Assembly: GCF_009834535.1 (NCBI RefSeq)
Contig: NC_045697.1
Coordinates: 25,360,001 to 25,424,000 of the forward strand
Source of the DNA: Camelus ferus
Taxonomy: Eukaryota
Reading direction: 5' to 3'
DNA: 64,000 nt
Made by a program: the position numbers and the translations under genes. Below the pieces are notes generated by a model. That model worked only from the letters and a program-made list of their open reading frames with translations, was not told where the DNA came from and did no database searches. Of the stretch, positions 38,883 to 52,979 are shown piece after piece; within the stretch, counting starts at the first letter, position 1, and each line of letters begins with the position of its first letter.

Positions 38883-39899
38883 GTTTAGATAATGAAAGAA
38901 GAAAAGTTTGAATAATGAAGCTATTTACTTAAAAAAAAGTTAACTTGTTCATTAAGAAATCAATAATGCAGAATTGGACTTGGTATGATTAGCAATAGCC
39001 TCCTAGTTACAAATATTCCTTAATCAAATGAGTTAGTCACCTGTACGTGCGGTTTGTTAAATTATTGTCATAAAAAATGACAAGCCTTTGTACTCCAAAG
39101 GCATAAGTCACAGCATAAACATTGCTACTTCAATCATATTAATATGCATTTGAGAATACTATCAGAGAAGAGAAACAAAGGCTAGATCATTTCCCACGCC
39201 CAAAATGGTCCCTTGTATGTTTAAAGAGGGGAACCAATTTGACTTAATCATAAATAGTACTTAATAATGTAGTTTTCTTGCTACTTGAATCAAAAATACT
39301 TGGTGAAAAATAAAAAAAATTCAGATACCAGACCACAAAACATACCTGCAAGATAATACATTGGACTAAAGTGTCAGAATTATGCGCTCCTCTCCCCAGG
39401 TGACTTCTGTTATACATGGTAGCATTTCAGAACCACCAGCAAAAATCTATCCTTATCTGTTGAAAATATGCACCAGAATTTAATAGATCGAAATAAAGTG
39501 CTTTAGGCTAAAATATTGAATGCATCATTCTGCCTGTGCAAATGTCTTTTAAGACAAGTCAGTGGATCTCAGTTTTTAAAATTACACACATAGAAAACTT
39601 TACACTATTACTGATTCTTGTACACAACAAACTATAATGTGGTAAATTGGGGCTGGAAAAATCAGAGTGATACAAGTTACATACAATAAGAAATGTGCTG
39701 GTTATTATAGATATTTAGAAGTGGCATTTGAGCAATTTGAACAACATAGTCAAGTATTGCAAATGTAAGTGGTTGTGGAAGACCCTCTCTGTGGAGTTGG
39801 AAGAGAAAGCTTTTCTCATAAGCCCCTCCTCCCTTCTCTCAGCATTTACCTACCTAGCTAAGAACTCCAGGGATGTTATTTCATGAGAAAGTAGACCAG

Positions 39900-41000
39900 C
39901 GAATATGTTTACTATAAAAGTTACAGTAAAAATTCCAAACAAAAAATATTTTATAGAGGGATCAAGAAGAAATTTTCAAAAGGGTTTTCAAATCCATGGT
40001 TAAATATAATATATAAAAACATAGCATTTATAAATTTAAAAATATATTTAAGAGATTGAGAAAAATAATTAGAGAAAAGATAATTCAATGTATAAATAAG
40101 CACTTGGTGGAAAATAAAATTTTATTAACAAATTTCAAAGTATCTAGAAAGCAGAATTGAAGAGTAGTGTAAAAACCAAAATTGAAATTCTTTCAGGAAC
40201 GTTGAAGAAAAGGAAAGTGAAATAAAAGTATAAAAAACATATGATATAACATCTAATGCTATGTAATGTACTATATCAAATATAATAGCTTGCAGCTTTT
40301 AAAATTTCAAAATCATTTATTACATTTTAAAAAACAATACAAATATGTTTAAAAACAATCTAGAAAATAATGAACATGTGTGAAGTGACAAATCTCAAAA
40401 ATTGATTTCTTCATATTATTGATGTGTGAAAGTAAACTAGCTAAAGCAACTAGAATAAAATATTATAAACATAAGAATAAGATACTTGGAAAATCCAAGA
40501 AAATCAAGTGAAATACACTGAAGCTAACATAAAGTATATGTTTGTTAATTTTAAATAGTGGTTTTACTAAGTTCTAGTAATAAATAGTTAAAATCAAAGT
40601 AATTTTTATTAACAGTCACAGCAAAACATAGTATCTAGGAATAAACTGATTCCAAACTTTTATGATCTAGATAGGTATGTACATACATATATACATAAAT
40701 ATAAATACAGAAGTACATGGATAAATTAGGTAGACTTCTATTGTTTCTATTACGTTTATGCTGCTTCTTAAAATATGTATGTGTTTTGTCATCTGTCTTG
40801 TTATAGATGTATATGGGCACTGATTTGCTATATTTATTATATACATCTATAAATTAATAAACTGTTTTATCAAGCAGGAAATTTTTTTAAAAGTGTATAT
40901 TACCAGAAAAAGAAGGAAACATACCATAAACATGAAGTATTAATGAACACCAGAAGTAAACAGCAAATGGTACTCACACCAGTGTTTCAATATGATAGGT
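39900..41000 (+). mobile_element. Very old, A-rich L1 remnants
   Basis: Strong A skew, with motifs such as tacttggaaaatccaagaaaatcaa and aaaacatagtatctaggaataaact resembling ORF2 YLENP and KYLGINL; very degraded. Confidence 0.5.
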
Positions 41001-41124
41001 TATGCTAACAGGGTTCTCAAGAAGAAAGTTTACTGAGCACAAACTCCAATTCAAATACTCTGAGATATAAAGGCTTATGAGAGGGCAGATCCTACTATGT
41101 CCTTCATTATTCTGTATGGAAGAT

Positions 41125-41240
41125 TAGTAGGGTTCTGGCAGAAAATAAATGGCAGATACAAAGGGCCAATTGAGAGTTTAATAAAGAACTAGGTGTGAAG
41201 GTATAAGCAAGTTTAAGGAAATCAACAAAGGAGGGTGATA
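41125..41240 (-). mobile_element. ERVL-type LTR end (LTR33-like, tentative)
   Basis: agggttctggcagaaaataaatggcagatacaaa...gagagtttaataaagaacta resembles the antisense 3' end of LTR33. Confidence 0.45.
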
Positions 41241-44200
41241 ATCCAATATTAATGGGACAGCTTTGTGGAATAGGATTGTAATCAAATAATTCTCTTTGTC
41301 TTCAAACTGTCAGTTATCTATAAAGGCAATGTAAAATATTTGTGACAAAAGGCTTAAAAACATAATCTAAAATTTTTTAAAAATCCCTTACATATGTTTT
41401 ATAAAACTAAGATTTATTAAAAATAAATGTTCAAGAATGGAGAATCCATGACACAGACAGTACAGCTAAAATCTAAGGATTTTCAAATTATGTTCAAATT
41501 CAAATCAAAAAAGAATTATGAATAATTTAGCAAGAATTTTTTTAAAGGTTAAAATATTGACCATGATATTGTTTAAAAAACTCTTACTACAGTAACTAAA
41601 ACCTTACTACAAAATCTCACTACAGTCTTAGTAAAATCTTGCTATAAAAATATATTTTTGTGTAAAGTAGTCAAAGCATTTATTTTTTTAATTTATAATA
41701 CACTTACATATTACTTTTTAGTATATTGTACAGTAGTAGTTTAGTATAATTATTTTTCTCACTGTCCATTAAATATTTTAATCATTCCCATGGCTACATA
41801 ATTTTATTTATATTCTTGGGTATCTAAGTGTTCTATTCTGCTTCACAAGTCTCATTGTCACTGAGATCCTTATGCATTGAAAAATAATGACTACATACAT
41901 AGCAAAATTTTGTAAGGACTAATGCCAGTGGAATATTTAATTTATTTAAATGCCATGCATTTAAATATTTTTCTCTAAGGTGTTTGCATATCTCAAAATT
42001 TTTTCAATGTGTATTTTTTTACAGACTCTGTTAAAAAAATATCTACAAACTTTATTGGTTATACTGCTTTACTAATCATACCTAATGGTGTTTGTAAAAT
42101 AAAGTGTCTATAAGAGAAAATCTATTTTAAGATGTTCAGGTATATCATTCCACTCTTTTTTATTCCCCTCTGTGTGCTAGTGTGGGAGCAAGATTTAAAC
42201 TGTAACTTATCTCCTATACTTTTGTATTGTTTTACTATTTAAAAGTGTGTTACATTTTTAACAACTCGTGCAAGGTCAATTTAGTGAAATTTCAAAAAGT
42301 AAATACAAGAGTACTTTCAAATGTTGATAGCAAGACTCCTTTGTGGGAACTCAGGCATTCATTGGTCAAACTTTCCAGATAGAAAAATTGCTTTTCATCT
42401 TAATGGATCTCTGTGGCAAGTTCTCTCCCTTTTCACATTATTGTAACAGGATCACCCCAAATGCCAGATCTGTGTGCCAAGTACATCCATCTACTCTTAT
42501 TTATGAGTTCCTTATATTTGGAAACTGTTCACTTATTCAAGTCATATTACTTTGATGAATTAAATCTTTGATTACACCCTTAGAATATAACTGGAAACTC
42601 TTCTCATCTCTAAACTGATAATGATATTGCTAATTATTTTTCACGATGCATTCTAGCAGCAGAAATCCTAAGATATATAACCAAAAAGCCCTTAATAATG
42701 TCAAAATAATAAAAATTACAAATCTAGTTCTGCAGAATTATAGCCCCAATTCAAGTGCTAAGAAGTAAATTAATTTTCGCTTTTCTTTTTGACCCAGAAT
42801 GTAATTCCTTTTTCTTTAGATATTAATAAAAACATATTACCCTCTGAAAGCTGAAAACTTCTGTACATTGGTGAAATTAGGTGGTTGACTATGGCCAGTT
42901 CTAACTAGACAGGGCTCTACTATTTAACATTTGCCATGGTGATTGGCATTAATAGGTTCCTTGGCTGGCAGCACTGTCAGACAAAGGAAAAATTATGTGA
43001 GACGGATGCATGAACTTCCATTCCTCCCACAATTGAGCACTGTATCCATTTCTTGGGAATGCAAGCAGAGCACAGGAAGGAGTCCCCTTTGTACTTAACA
43101 TTCTGTGGGTCCTTAACTAGGGTCAATTTTTTGTTAGCCTGCTCACTTGAGAGCTCCAAGTTTGTTTTTGAAAGTTGTACAATATTAAGGCTGCTTGCAG
43201 ATATTGAAAACAATGTATCTCTCTAGTGCAATGAAAAATGTCACAAATTAGGTGGTGATAAATATTGATGGATATGTTATTTCATTAAATAAAAATTCAG
43301 GATTCTTACAGTATATATCATTTTAAAAACACATGCATTTAGCCCAAGTAAAACTCACAATTAGAGATAATAGTCGTGCCTTGCAATGTAAGCAGGATAA
43401 GCATTGTTTAATCCTCTTATAAACTAATTTTCTAGAAAATGTAAATGTTAACTCTTTGCAGTCATAAATGCAGGCAGGTTGCTGTTTTGGTCAGTGCCTC
43501 TCTCCCTTTCTCTTTGAGAAATTACCTCTCTGGATCCATACCCCCCCCCCCGATTTAAATTGAGTTATGAAACTTATAATAGAAAGTTAGAACTGGAAGA
43601 AAGGCTAATAACAATCTAAACAATGCTTTAACGATCTAAATATACTGTACCATGTTATAAAAACAATTGACTGTGACATTTGACCTGGAAAAGGGAAGAA
43701 GAGAGGACATGTGAGAAAATATAAAATGTGGTAGGGTTGATGAACTGGAGTTCCAATGAGATCAAAGAACAGGAGAAGGAAGGATCTGGAATGGTGGGAG
43801 GTACTGATCAGAAAGTGGAATTCAAAAGATGAAATTATAGCAAGAACACATAATAGTGAGGAAAAGTGTTCCAGGAACTGAGAGGAGCTAAACTTATCAG
43901 AAATGTCAGGAATGCCACAATGATAAAATCGATAATGGATGCATACATATTTGCCTGAGATGTTGCCAAGTCAAGAGGAAGAAAATTACCTATTGAAGGC
44001 AGAAGTGAGAAAACAATAAAGTTGTAAGCTGATAATCTCCCATTTAATATATTTAAATATTTGATATATTTTGATCTAGATACATTATATTCTAGATGTA
44101 AAAAATGTTACTTTTTTTTAAATTTCCAATAGAGTACAGCTCTCTTATCCTTCAAAAACAAACTAAATTTCTGCCTCAGAGCTCTTGCCATTATCTTTTT

Positions 44201-44639
44201 ATTATATAATCTATCTCTTCTGTAATTTTGTATCATTTAATTTCATTATAAGTAGCCTCACATTCTAGATTTTTCCTGATAAACTGTACCATATTCTGAT
44301 TTTTAATCCACCTTAGCATTTTGCCATTTATATGTCATTTTTTTTGTTTACACTTTGTGTATATTAACAGTTTTTCCAATGTTAATTCTATGCATATCCA
44401 GTATCTTAAACTATATATAAGCAAGAACTGTGTCCTTCTTTTTCCCAAGATCATTAGATTCTTTGTGCAAAGTGAATATTCAATAGATGATTGTTGCCCA
44501 AGTCTATACAACTTCCAGAAAAATTGGACCTTGATGAAAAAGTCACATAAAGAATAATCATGTGAACTACAAAATGCTGCTCATTAGACTGAAATTTCTC
44601 CATCAGGGACCATTATATTCTATGATATCACAAACTAGA

Positions 44640-44790
44640 AATATGAGATTTGTTTAATTTTCTGCCTTCTGCTCCTCTCCACTTAAAAGGCAACTACTTT
44701 TATCATGTTTATTTTGTATCCATAGTAACTAGGGCAGTGCCTGACTCATAGAGGTTATTTAATAAATAATTGCAGAATAAAATAAGAAAT
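44640..44790 (+). mobile_element. L2 3' terminus
   Basis: ttgtatccatagtaactagggcagtgcctgactcatagaggttatttaataaataattgcagaataa. Confidence 0.65.
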
Positions 44791-45049
44791 AAGTACATTT
44801 TCTACTGGGACTTTCATGAGTTTCTGGACAGTGCAACATTAAAGTGTATAAATTTTAGTGTTCACATTTTTCCGTTTTCCTACTTACTAAGTACATAAGA
44901 TACAAAATGTAGATAGATAATGCCCCAGTGTACTAAGACTGGGAATATATATCATTTTATTTTAAAATGTTTTATAATAGTTGATTTTATTTATACTTTC
45001 CTTTATTGCAAAACAAAACAAAAAAATTGCCTACGATTTATTAAGAGAG

Positions 45050-45123
45050 GCTGTATTGCGTCATGTTTAAGAGCATGGATTAGGGGTCAGGTGGCCTGAG
45101 TTGAAAGAATTATGAGTTAATAC
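45050..45123 (+). mobile_element. MIR, left part (interrupted by LTR)
   Basis: gtttaagagcatggattaggggtcag...cctgagttgaa...tgagttaatac continues after the LTR as atataaaacgcttagaa (from 45768), as in the MIR consensus tgagttaatacatgtaaagcgcttagaa. Confidence 0.75.
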
Positions 45124-45763
45124 TGTTACCAAACCAAATTTGCATCCACTTACCAGTGCGCAGTAAAGCCAATCTACTGATACTGGGTTGTGGTGAAAGA
45201 AAGTAGTATCTATTTTATTGCGAGGCGTCCAACATGGGGCAAGCAAAGGGGATGAGCAGCTCATGCTCAAAAGGTGCGAACTCCCTGGTGGCTTTTGGAG
45301 AGGGGCTTTTAGAGGCGGGGGAGGGAGAGGGTTGCAGAGTATGAGATCAGCTCATGGACATTCTTTTGATGGGTTTGTGGGGAGGTAACCAGGTGGTACT
45401 TCTCAAGTCAGTACGATCAATCTGGATCCAAATGGTCTGGGGTCTAAATGCTTGTGGTTACATGCAGTTAACTTCTGCCTGCCGGGGGTTTTAGTTTCTG
45501 CAAAACAACTCAAGGAAATGGCTCAGGATATTACCTATAGCCCTGGAGAAGGAACTAAAGTTCCTCGACTTTGTTTTATGGCTAAACTGATTTTGTCTTG
45601 CTTAACTCTTTTCCTTTGTTCTCTATTTTCTCACTTCTCTGATTAAATTTGCTCTTTGGAACATGGGGAAGACCTAGGGGGCTAAAGGCTTTCTACAAAC
45701 AGGAGGCAGGGGACACAAGAGGTCTGCTCCTAGGAAAACTCCACAGTGTCCTGCTCAGTATCA
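45124..45763 (-). mobile_element. Solo ERV1-type LTR, 640 bp
   Basis: TG...CA termini; 4-bp TSD atac/gtac (1 mismatch); minus-strand AATAAA at 45214-45219 and TATA-like tctaaaa at 45307-45313; splits a MIR. Confidence 0.85.
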
Positions 45764-46069
45764 GTACATATAAAACGCTTAGAATGACACACACTATGTG
45801 TCTGCATAAATACTAGTTAATTTTATTATTCTTATTCATATTATAAAATACCTACTGCATGTAAAAACAATAAATTGGAAATGTGGAAACAAAACTAAAA
45901 GAAAAATAACCGAGAATATAAAATTAAACCTTGCATACTTAATTTTGTCCTCCCAGGAAAATCAGAACCAAGAAATCAGAATTTTAGAGAAATATTAAAA
46001 TGTCACTTTGCTTCTCCCTCATCTGGCCTAAGCCAATGTTCTCATTTGGTAATATAGCTTAGATGTATA

Positions 46070-46704
46070 TGAGACAGGAAGGGGGCAGGGCACAGCCAGT
46101 CAAGGAATGCTGCAACAGTTAACATCAAAATGGTGAAAGATTCAACCCCCAGTAGGCCTTGAGGCTCAGGATGGTTGGAGATTTGACTCTTAGCAGATCT
46201 TGAGCTTCATTATACGCCCACTGTAATGTATTAATGTGATAAATAACATACCCACAGATACCATGGCTGTCCCAAGGCTAGCCACAAAAGGTCAAAGAGT
46301 GGGAAATGGCCAACTTCCTGGGAATCCCAGCCCCTTCCCCAGGCTACTTAGACTGGTCCTTATTAGCATATGAAGCCGCCAAGCCCATAAAAACTGGCAA
46401 CAAGGTGCCTAGCGGCCACTGCCGCCCCCTCCCTCTCTCCCTTTGGAGATGGCCTGCACTCTGTCTATGGAGTGTGTACCTACTTTTACTCTACTCTGAG
46501 CACCCAACCCCCACACCTCATGGCCTTTCTCTTGCCTTTCAATATATCTCTCTGAATAAATCTACCTTCACTCAACTGTGGCTCACTCTTGAATTCTTTC
46601 CTGTGCGAAGCCAAGGACCCACACTTGGCGGGGCATGTCCGGGGGCTCAACCAAAGCCTGGGACACAACCCTTCTCTCACCTCACATCCGTTTGTCCTGC
46701 ATCA
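46070..46704 (+). mobile_element. Solo ERV1-type LTR, 635 bp
   Basis: Termini TGAGACAGGA...TCCTGCATCA form an imperfect inverted repeat; 4-bp TSD tata/ttta; TATA-like cataaaaa 46386-46393; AATAAA 46555-46560; CA at 46573-46574. Confidence 0.9.
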
Positions 46705-47829
46705 TTTATGCTGATTGCATGCATGATTGAGTTCTGTGGCCAATCTTGTGAACTGCGTGTTCTGTGCTTATCTCTTAATCCGTAAGTGGGATATAAATAA
46801 CAGTACTTACCTAACAGGAATTTAGTAATTATACAAGACAAGTTATACAATGTGCTGTGCAACTTTTCTTTTTCTTTATTATTATTATCATCATCGTTAT
46901 TTATGGCTTGAGACAGAAAGAGAAACAGACACTAAGCTAAAATAATCTAGCAATTACTATGTACCAATCACTGCAATGATCATGGAGAATAAAACTATGT
47001 GTAATACAGTCTTTATAAACTAAATTCTGTGTGCCAAGTGTGATTTCTTGATTTATTTTCTCATATCTCCCTCAAAGAGATATTGAAAATTGGGAGTTAG
47101 ATACATAAAGAAACATCAAGACTATGTGATGAATGAAAGAATACAAGCATGTTTGTGAAAAAGGCAAAGTAATCAGCTGTATTATAGTGCAGGAAAAGTT
47201 TTAGAATGTAGCAATGTTTTGAACAATCATTATCCTTATTCTGACATGCAGCAGCTCTAATAACATGTGACCACTGTGTGATTCTGGCTTGAAACGGTGC
47301 AGACTGGCAAAGCATTTGATTTCATGGGCCATGTCAAGTTAATGCTCCTTGGTCAGTTTTACTAGTTCTGGTACTAAAGATACTTTATATTTGCATAACA
47401 TTTTACAAGTTCTGAGTGGTTTAACAAACATATTGCATATATTAAATAGCCATAGGTGGAGAGCAATTTCCTTTTGCCAAAGGAAGAATAAAAATGTACA
47501 GAATCAAAGTCATATTTATGGTTAGAAATTTGAAGAGAAAGTGAAATTTAGGTTCACCTGAAATTACTTTAATAGCTTCATGTCTGTTTGGAATTTGTTC
47601 AACTTTCTTGGACTTAATGTGTTTTATAAATGCTAACCCCACCCTGACATGCATTAAGAGAGCTTAGGAGTGGGTATACTACTTTGTGTGATACAAGAAA
47701 TAATAGGAAGCTCTCATAAAGACCAGAGGTCGTGGGAAGACTCATGAATCTCAGGGCTTCCGTGTATTTTTTTCTCTGGAGAAATGTTTAAAATGAGAAG
47801 AGTCACTTTTTATTTTTAACTTTAAGAAC

Positions 47830-48123
47830 TTTTTTTTTCAATTGAGGTATAACTGACATATGACGTTATATTAGTTTCATATGTACAGCATAATAATTTG
47901 GTATCTGTATATATTGCAAAACAATCACCTCAATAAGTCTAGTTAATATATATCAAATGCATAGTTACATTATTTTTTTCTGTGATGAGGCCTTTAAGAT
48001 GTACCCTCTTAGCAACTTTTAGATACATAACAGTATTATTAGCCATAGTCACCATGCTGTACAATATATCCCCATGACTTACTTATTTTATAACTGGAAG
48101 TTTGTAGTTTTTGGCCCCCTTCC
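47830..48123 (-). mobile_element. L1 3'UTR end (L1MA-type), 5'-truncated
   Basis: T-tract then attgaggtataactgacata...ttagtttcatatgtacagcataat...ctcttagcaactttt...tagtcaccatgctgtaca...tataactggaagtttgta, an antisense L1 3' end. Confidence 0.85.
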
Positions 48124-48659
48124 AAAAACCATCCTTCCTCATCTGACTTAGATTAGACTCACAGATGCTCCTGTGACAAAACCAACCACAGACTCTTCAA
48201 ATTCCCATCCTTTGCCTCATGAATAAGTAGCTGAATCACTTGCCCCTGCTGATCACCTGGAACCAAAATGCATATTAACCAAACTTTGTTTAAGATTCTT
48301 TCCTTCCCCAGACTCCTAAACTTTGACCCAGTCTTGGCCTGAGCAAGCAAAGAACCCCTCCTTTAAGTCCCCTCTGGAGAACAGACTGACCTCAGGGTGA
48401 AGCATTCATGTACTGTTCAATCACCCCATCCTCATTCGTCACACTTCCCCATACCCAATCTTTCTAGCCTTGGTTACTTCTTTTTAGAAAAGAAAAGCCC
48501 TGTTGACCTAACCTTTGAGATGCTTGCAGATGCCTATTATTGTGATAGTCCTGTCTCTCTCCACCTCCGCATTGTAATAGTTCCTTACTTCCCTCTTGAA
48601 ATAATGATTTCAAATAAAGTCTCTCCTTACCTAAGTTCAGAGTTGTTTTTTATTTGACA
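48124..48659 (+). mobile_element. ERV1 LTR (MER31/MER67-like group, tentative)
   Basis: Contains accaaactttg...gactgacctcagg and ends aataaagtctctccttacctaagttcagagttgttttttatttgaca; left boundary uncertain. Confidence 0.7.
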
Positions 48660-48769
48660 AGAGAAAAGTGAAAACTAAAGTAGAGAAGCCACATGGGAAC
48701 CCAAAGCAATTACTAACAATATTGTTACGTTTTCATGATTGCTTTGCTTATATAGAAACATAAACTAAG

Positions 48770-48965
48770 AACCAGAAAACCCAAAGTCATTTCCTAGCTC
48801 TGTCTCTTATCATTTGATGTGACCTTGGGCAAATCATAACATTTTTGAGACTTGAATTTCTTCCGTGATAAAACAGGAATCATAATGACTACCTCCAGGG
48901 ATGCTGCAAAAATTGAATGTGATAATGCATGTGAAAAAGATTAGCAAATTGCAAAATCCCTTCAC
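48770..48965 (+). mobile_element. MIR SINE
   Basis: cctagctctgtc...tgtgaccttgggcaaatca...taaaacaggaatcataatgactacctccaggg...gataatgcatgtgaaa. Confidence 0.8.
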
Positions 48966-51900
48966 GTGGCATTTATCATCTATAAATGGCTCTTCTCCAC
49001 TTGTCATTGATCACTCAAAACAGCTCCTGTCTTAGTAGGATGGTATAAAATGTTTGCAGGATTATCAGCTGTGATCATCCCTGTAGGCAGAATAAAAGGT
49101 AAATACAGAAAAATAAAATTTAGCCAGAAATGACTCCCCGTAAAGTCTGTTGATTTTTTAGCTTGACCACAAGTGTATTCTTAAAATACCTTCAAGCAAC
49201 ACAGGCAGAATTATCTGAAGGACAGTCAACACTGGGGAACACAATATAAGGAAAATAAAATATTCCAAGGGTTAAATGAAATTCACATTAAAAACATGAA
49301 ATTTTATATGACTAAAATATTACATAGCATTATTTTGGAAATATAGAATTTAAGGAAAGTTTTAAATAAAGGAGAAGTGTCTTGTTGTAGAATCATAGTG
49401 AAGCTAGGCTGTTTTTGCTGGAACCTTAGCAAAATGATACTTTCTTGGGATTATAGTGTCAGTCTTGCCATAAGAAGGTCATTTTTTAATTACTAATCTG
49501 TAAGATAGAAAGCATTTTGATTCACTTTCTCTGGTACAGAGAGGTGGCAGTTTGAGTCTATTTTTTTGGACCTCCCTAAAATATCTTTTTAAAGTTTAAC
49601 CCTCAAGGTTATAGTTTTATTTTGTTTTGTTTTGTTTTGTTTCTTATATTGAAAGACTTCTCCGTACCTGATTATATTTTTTTCATACTTCTTAAAATCA
49701 AAAAGCATCTTAAAATATTATTTTCCTATTTCATATAAGCAATAGGGAATAAACCATTTTGGAGTCAAACCTACTTATTCAAATTCATTTTATTCAAGTA
49801 TTTTTAAATTTATACACATTTTTTTCCTACAAGAGAATGTATGCTATTTGCATTTTAAATGCTTATGTTTTATTAACCTATTTAGGAGTTTAATGTCATA
49901 ATTACTGTAATTGATATATCAACTTTTGTACCAAATAACATCAAGGACTTTTATAAGTTTAATTTTATGTCCTACATATGTTTTCATTCTTGAGTGGTAA
50001 GAAGTCTCATTTAAGTTATGAATTTTTATTATACTTTAGAATATTCCCACTGTTCTCAACTCAGTCATTGATATGTGTATCTTTTATTTCAGTTCTGGTC
50101 ATTAGAAATATTAACCAAAAGTTGTTGTCATTTTGTTTTGTTTTTCTGTATTTTTCCTCAGAATTGTCACTTTGCAAAATAACAATGAATAAGAAAATAT
50201 TTTTAAGTACCAAAGCAGCAACATCACTCTTTTAAAATTTTTTTTTTCAGAGGCAGTTGACCATCATGAATAAGATGAGTTGAAATTGCCAAAAGCTAGG
50301 AATATTGTACTAAATCTTGGTTCTGTAATCTTGTAACCTAAAAATCCATGAGTTTCAGCTTCCCCCTTTATAAAATGAGATGTGCAAACCAGGTATTCCA
50401 CAAAATCTCTTTAAAAGCTGGCTTCTTAAGATCTAATTAAACTCATTCAGGGTGTTTTAAATAAGAGGCCTTCTCTATTGAATTTTTTCCTACTAAATAA
50501 ACTTGATTTCTCAAATACAGCATTTATTATTTCTCATTTATGAGCAAGAGCAAAGAGTAAATAAAAACTATAACCTGCAAAGCACACTTTTTAGTATATT
50601 GCATTGAATTTTGCAACCAAATAAATACAACTTTCACCTCTATTTCCCTTCTTCCATCTTTACTTCATTATTCCTCCATAATACCTATTGTTCTGCTATG
50701 TTTTCTTGAGTTTTTCCAACATTAGCGGAAGTAATATGCATAGTTTTGTAACACATCATTGACCCCTGAAAACAATAAGATGTGCTTAATTACTTGTGTA
50801 ATTCTGCTGAGCGCCATTTAGAACTTAATGCAACCACATTTTTTGGTTTGGCTTTTACAGTTACAGTATAAATATATTTCTTTCAAATGAAAGATATTCC
50901 TTTCAAATAATGTCTTGGGTGGCAGACCTTTCAAACTGAACCATTTATGTCACACAGAGTGAACTGCAGGAGAGCTCAAATCCTACACTTGACTTTCCTT
51001 TACCACCAACAGTGCTTTGCTCAACCAATTTACTCTGAGTCTCTCTGTCTTTATTATAAAACACAGATAATGATCTTTGCTTTGTATGACTTATGGGATT
51101 ACTCTCAGGATCAAAGGAACCACTGGATTTGAAAATACATTATGAACTATAAAATAAGATGTTTTATTCACATTGAAATGTCACCTTTTTGGGTGCCTCT
51201 TCTTTAAATCATATAGACATGCTTTATCTCTTCACCATACAGGGCTCATATGAAAACTATGGGTAATTAAAATTTCTTTTTTTGAAAAGTTGTAAATGGA
51301 AACGTAAGTTTTCTGCTTCAAAAACTCACTGTTCAGCAATCATATATTTATTTTCCTGTCACTTCTGTTTTTATTCTCACACAAAACTGTAGCTAGCAGA
51401 AATATTAGGAAGTTTGATGAAATGTATTTTGTGAATAAAGAGTGACTTCAGTATAGGTAGAAAACTTTGAATATTTAAAAATATTTAATATTTTGACATA
51501 GAAAATCATCTCTCAAGCTCCTTGGAAGCTTCTGCTTGTCTTGTAACAAGGCCAAATAAACCTGAACCTTCTTGCTCTAAACTAAAAGTCCATCTTAGAG
51601 TCACATGAGTTTGCCCCCGCAAAACACTGAAGAATGACACAAAACCATGATTAATTCTTGGTTCAAATATACAGTTATAAAATAAGATGGAAAAAAATTC
51701 TACAGAGTGAAATTGACCTTTTCTTGATACTTACTTGACTAAGTAAGTTCTGGGTTTTCATCTGGGTAAAACAACCCCACACTATCGGTTTGCTTAAAGC
51801 CATAAAATCATTTATGGCAAGATGCTAATGTGCTGGAGCCAACACTACTCTCTTAGGTCTCAAATCATCTCACTCTAGGAAATGCATTTTCATTAATTAG

Positions 51901-52437
51901 GACATCTTCTGAATTGTCCACTCAGGATGAACTTGCCCTTCTTTGGCTTTTACTTTTCATCTAGTGTTGCCTCAGCAAAACTGGACTTCACACTTGTCCT
52001 ATGTCTTACATTTAGAATCTTTTTTTTTTTCTTTTTCGTTGATCCTTGCCTTCAATTTGAAAATATGTCTATCATCTACTCTCTTTCTCCCATTTCTCTT
52101 TCCTCCCACTACCCAGATCATGGTAGCCGTATGACTAACAGCAGAGCAGTATAGATACAATAATACTCCTTGGAATCCAAGAAAGTGTGCCTTCTCCCCT
52201 CGAAAGAACATTCCTCCAGGGTAGTTTCTTGTCTCATTCTATAGATACTGATTCCAAATTTCTATTAAACTTTATCGTCTGAAATAACAAATGTGTATGT
52301 ATTTCATGTCTAGTATGTACAAAGTTTAAAAGCATTATCCTATTCTATGATGATTATGGTTGTAGTAACTCGTAGTGCACGAAACATGGACTAGAGAATT
52401 CCCTTTGTTTAAGGAAGGGAATGTATGATGTACTGGT

Positions 52438-52852
52438 TATATTAGTTTTCTAGGGCTGCTGTTAACTCAGCACCACAAATTGAATGGCTAAAACGACAGA
52501 AATTTGTTGTCTCAGGGTGGTGAAAGGGCTGATTTTTTTTCTGAGAACCATCACTAGGTATCTGTTCTATGACTCTCTCTGTATTTGCTGCTGATTTTTG
52601 GCGTTCCTTGGTACGTAGAACCCAATCTTTGGTTCATCTTCACATGGTGTTCTTGTGTGTATCTATCTCCAGTTTTCCATTTTTATAAGGATACCAGTCC
52701 TATTAGGTCAGAGGTCCATGCTACTCCAGTATCACCTTATCTTAACTGTATCTGCAATGACTTCGTTTCTGAATAAGTTCACATTCTGAGGTACTGGGGT
52801 TGAAGACTTCAACATAAGATTGGGGAATCTAGGCACAATTCAACCCATAACC
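52438..52852 (-). mobile_element. MLT1 (MLT1C-like) solo LTR with perfect 5-bp TSD
   Basis: tattagttttctagggctgctgtt...cttcacatgg...tataaggataccagtc...cacattctgaggtactggggtt...cacaattcaacccataac; TSD ctggt at 52433-52437 and 52853-52857, the length expected for ERVL-MaLR. Confidence 0.9.
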
Positions 52853-52979
52853 CTGGTAGTTAAAAAAATATTTTAACTTACTGTAGCCAAGTGCATTTTT
52901 AAAATTCCCACTTGAAAAATGAAAAATAACTGAATAATACTGGCATAGAGAGAATTCATTGAAAGGATAATAGATACTT

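Noticed and set aside
45124..46704. The two ~640-bp LTRs as the ends of one provirus
   Set aside because: Different sequences, opposite orientation and separate TSDs.
46306..46785. Longest ORF (159 aa) as a gene
   Set aside because: Lies in a solo LTR and runs into the flank; no gag/pol/env similarity.
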